The position numbers were made by a program, and so were the translations under genes. Shown here piece after piece: positions 60,838 through 64,000 of a stretch of 64,000 nucleotides of DNA (within the stretch, counting starts at the first letter, position 1; each line of letters opens with the position of its first letter). Below the pieces are notes generated by a model that was not told the DNA's origin, made no database searches, and saw only the letters and a list, made by a program, of their open reading frames with translations. The stretch comes from the human T2T-CHM13v2.0 reference genome, Homo sapiens: assembly GCF_009914755.1 (NCBI RefSeq), contig NC_060946.1. One strand, 5' to 3'.

Positions 60838-64000
<3,163 letters not shown>

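Overview
Human genomic DNA (GC-rich, Alu-dense). From gene content and order I recognise it as chr22q11.21, the distal part of the 22q11.2 deletion interval. Left to right: the probable 3' tail of an upstream + strand gene (AIFM3 by synteny); complete LZTR1 (+, 21 coding exons, 840 aa); THAP7 (-, 309 aa) with a bidirectional CpG-island promoter; a two-exon unprocessed alpha-tubulin pseudogene fragment (TUBA3FP, -); a frameshifted 4-exon copy of the LRRC74B 5' half (-); complete P2RX6 (+, 12 exons, 441 aa); SLC7A4/CAT-4 (-, 635 aa); MIR649 (-); an L1/ERV1/Alu block; and an inverted copy of P2RX6 exons 1-3 (P2RX6P, -) running off the right edge. All four spliced CDSs were rebuilt by hand and close in frame. 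I see no wholly new gene family. Main points for follow-up: (1) the inverted duplication, whose 'pseudogene' arm has intact exons, splice sites and promoter plus gene-conversion-like tracts, so it could act as a spare 5' module, an inversion substrate or an upstream promoter for MIR649/SLC7A4; (2) a GC-AG minor-spliceosome (U12) intron and a latent 117-nt poison exon in LZTR1; (3) out-of-frame uORFs overlapping the start codons of LZTR1, THAP7 and P2RX6; (4) a p53 element inside an SLC7A4 intron; (5) several small rearrangement scars in the repeats. Repeat subfamily names and literature links are from memory and need checking.
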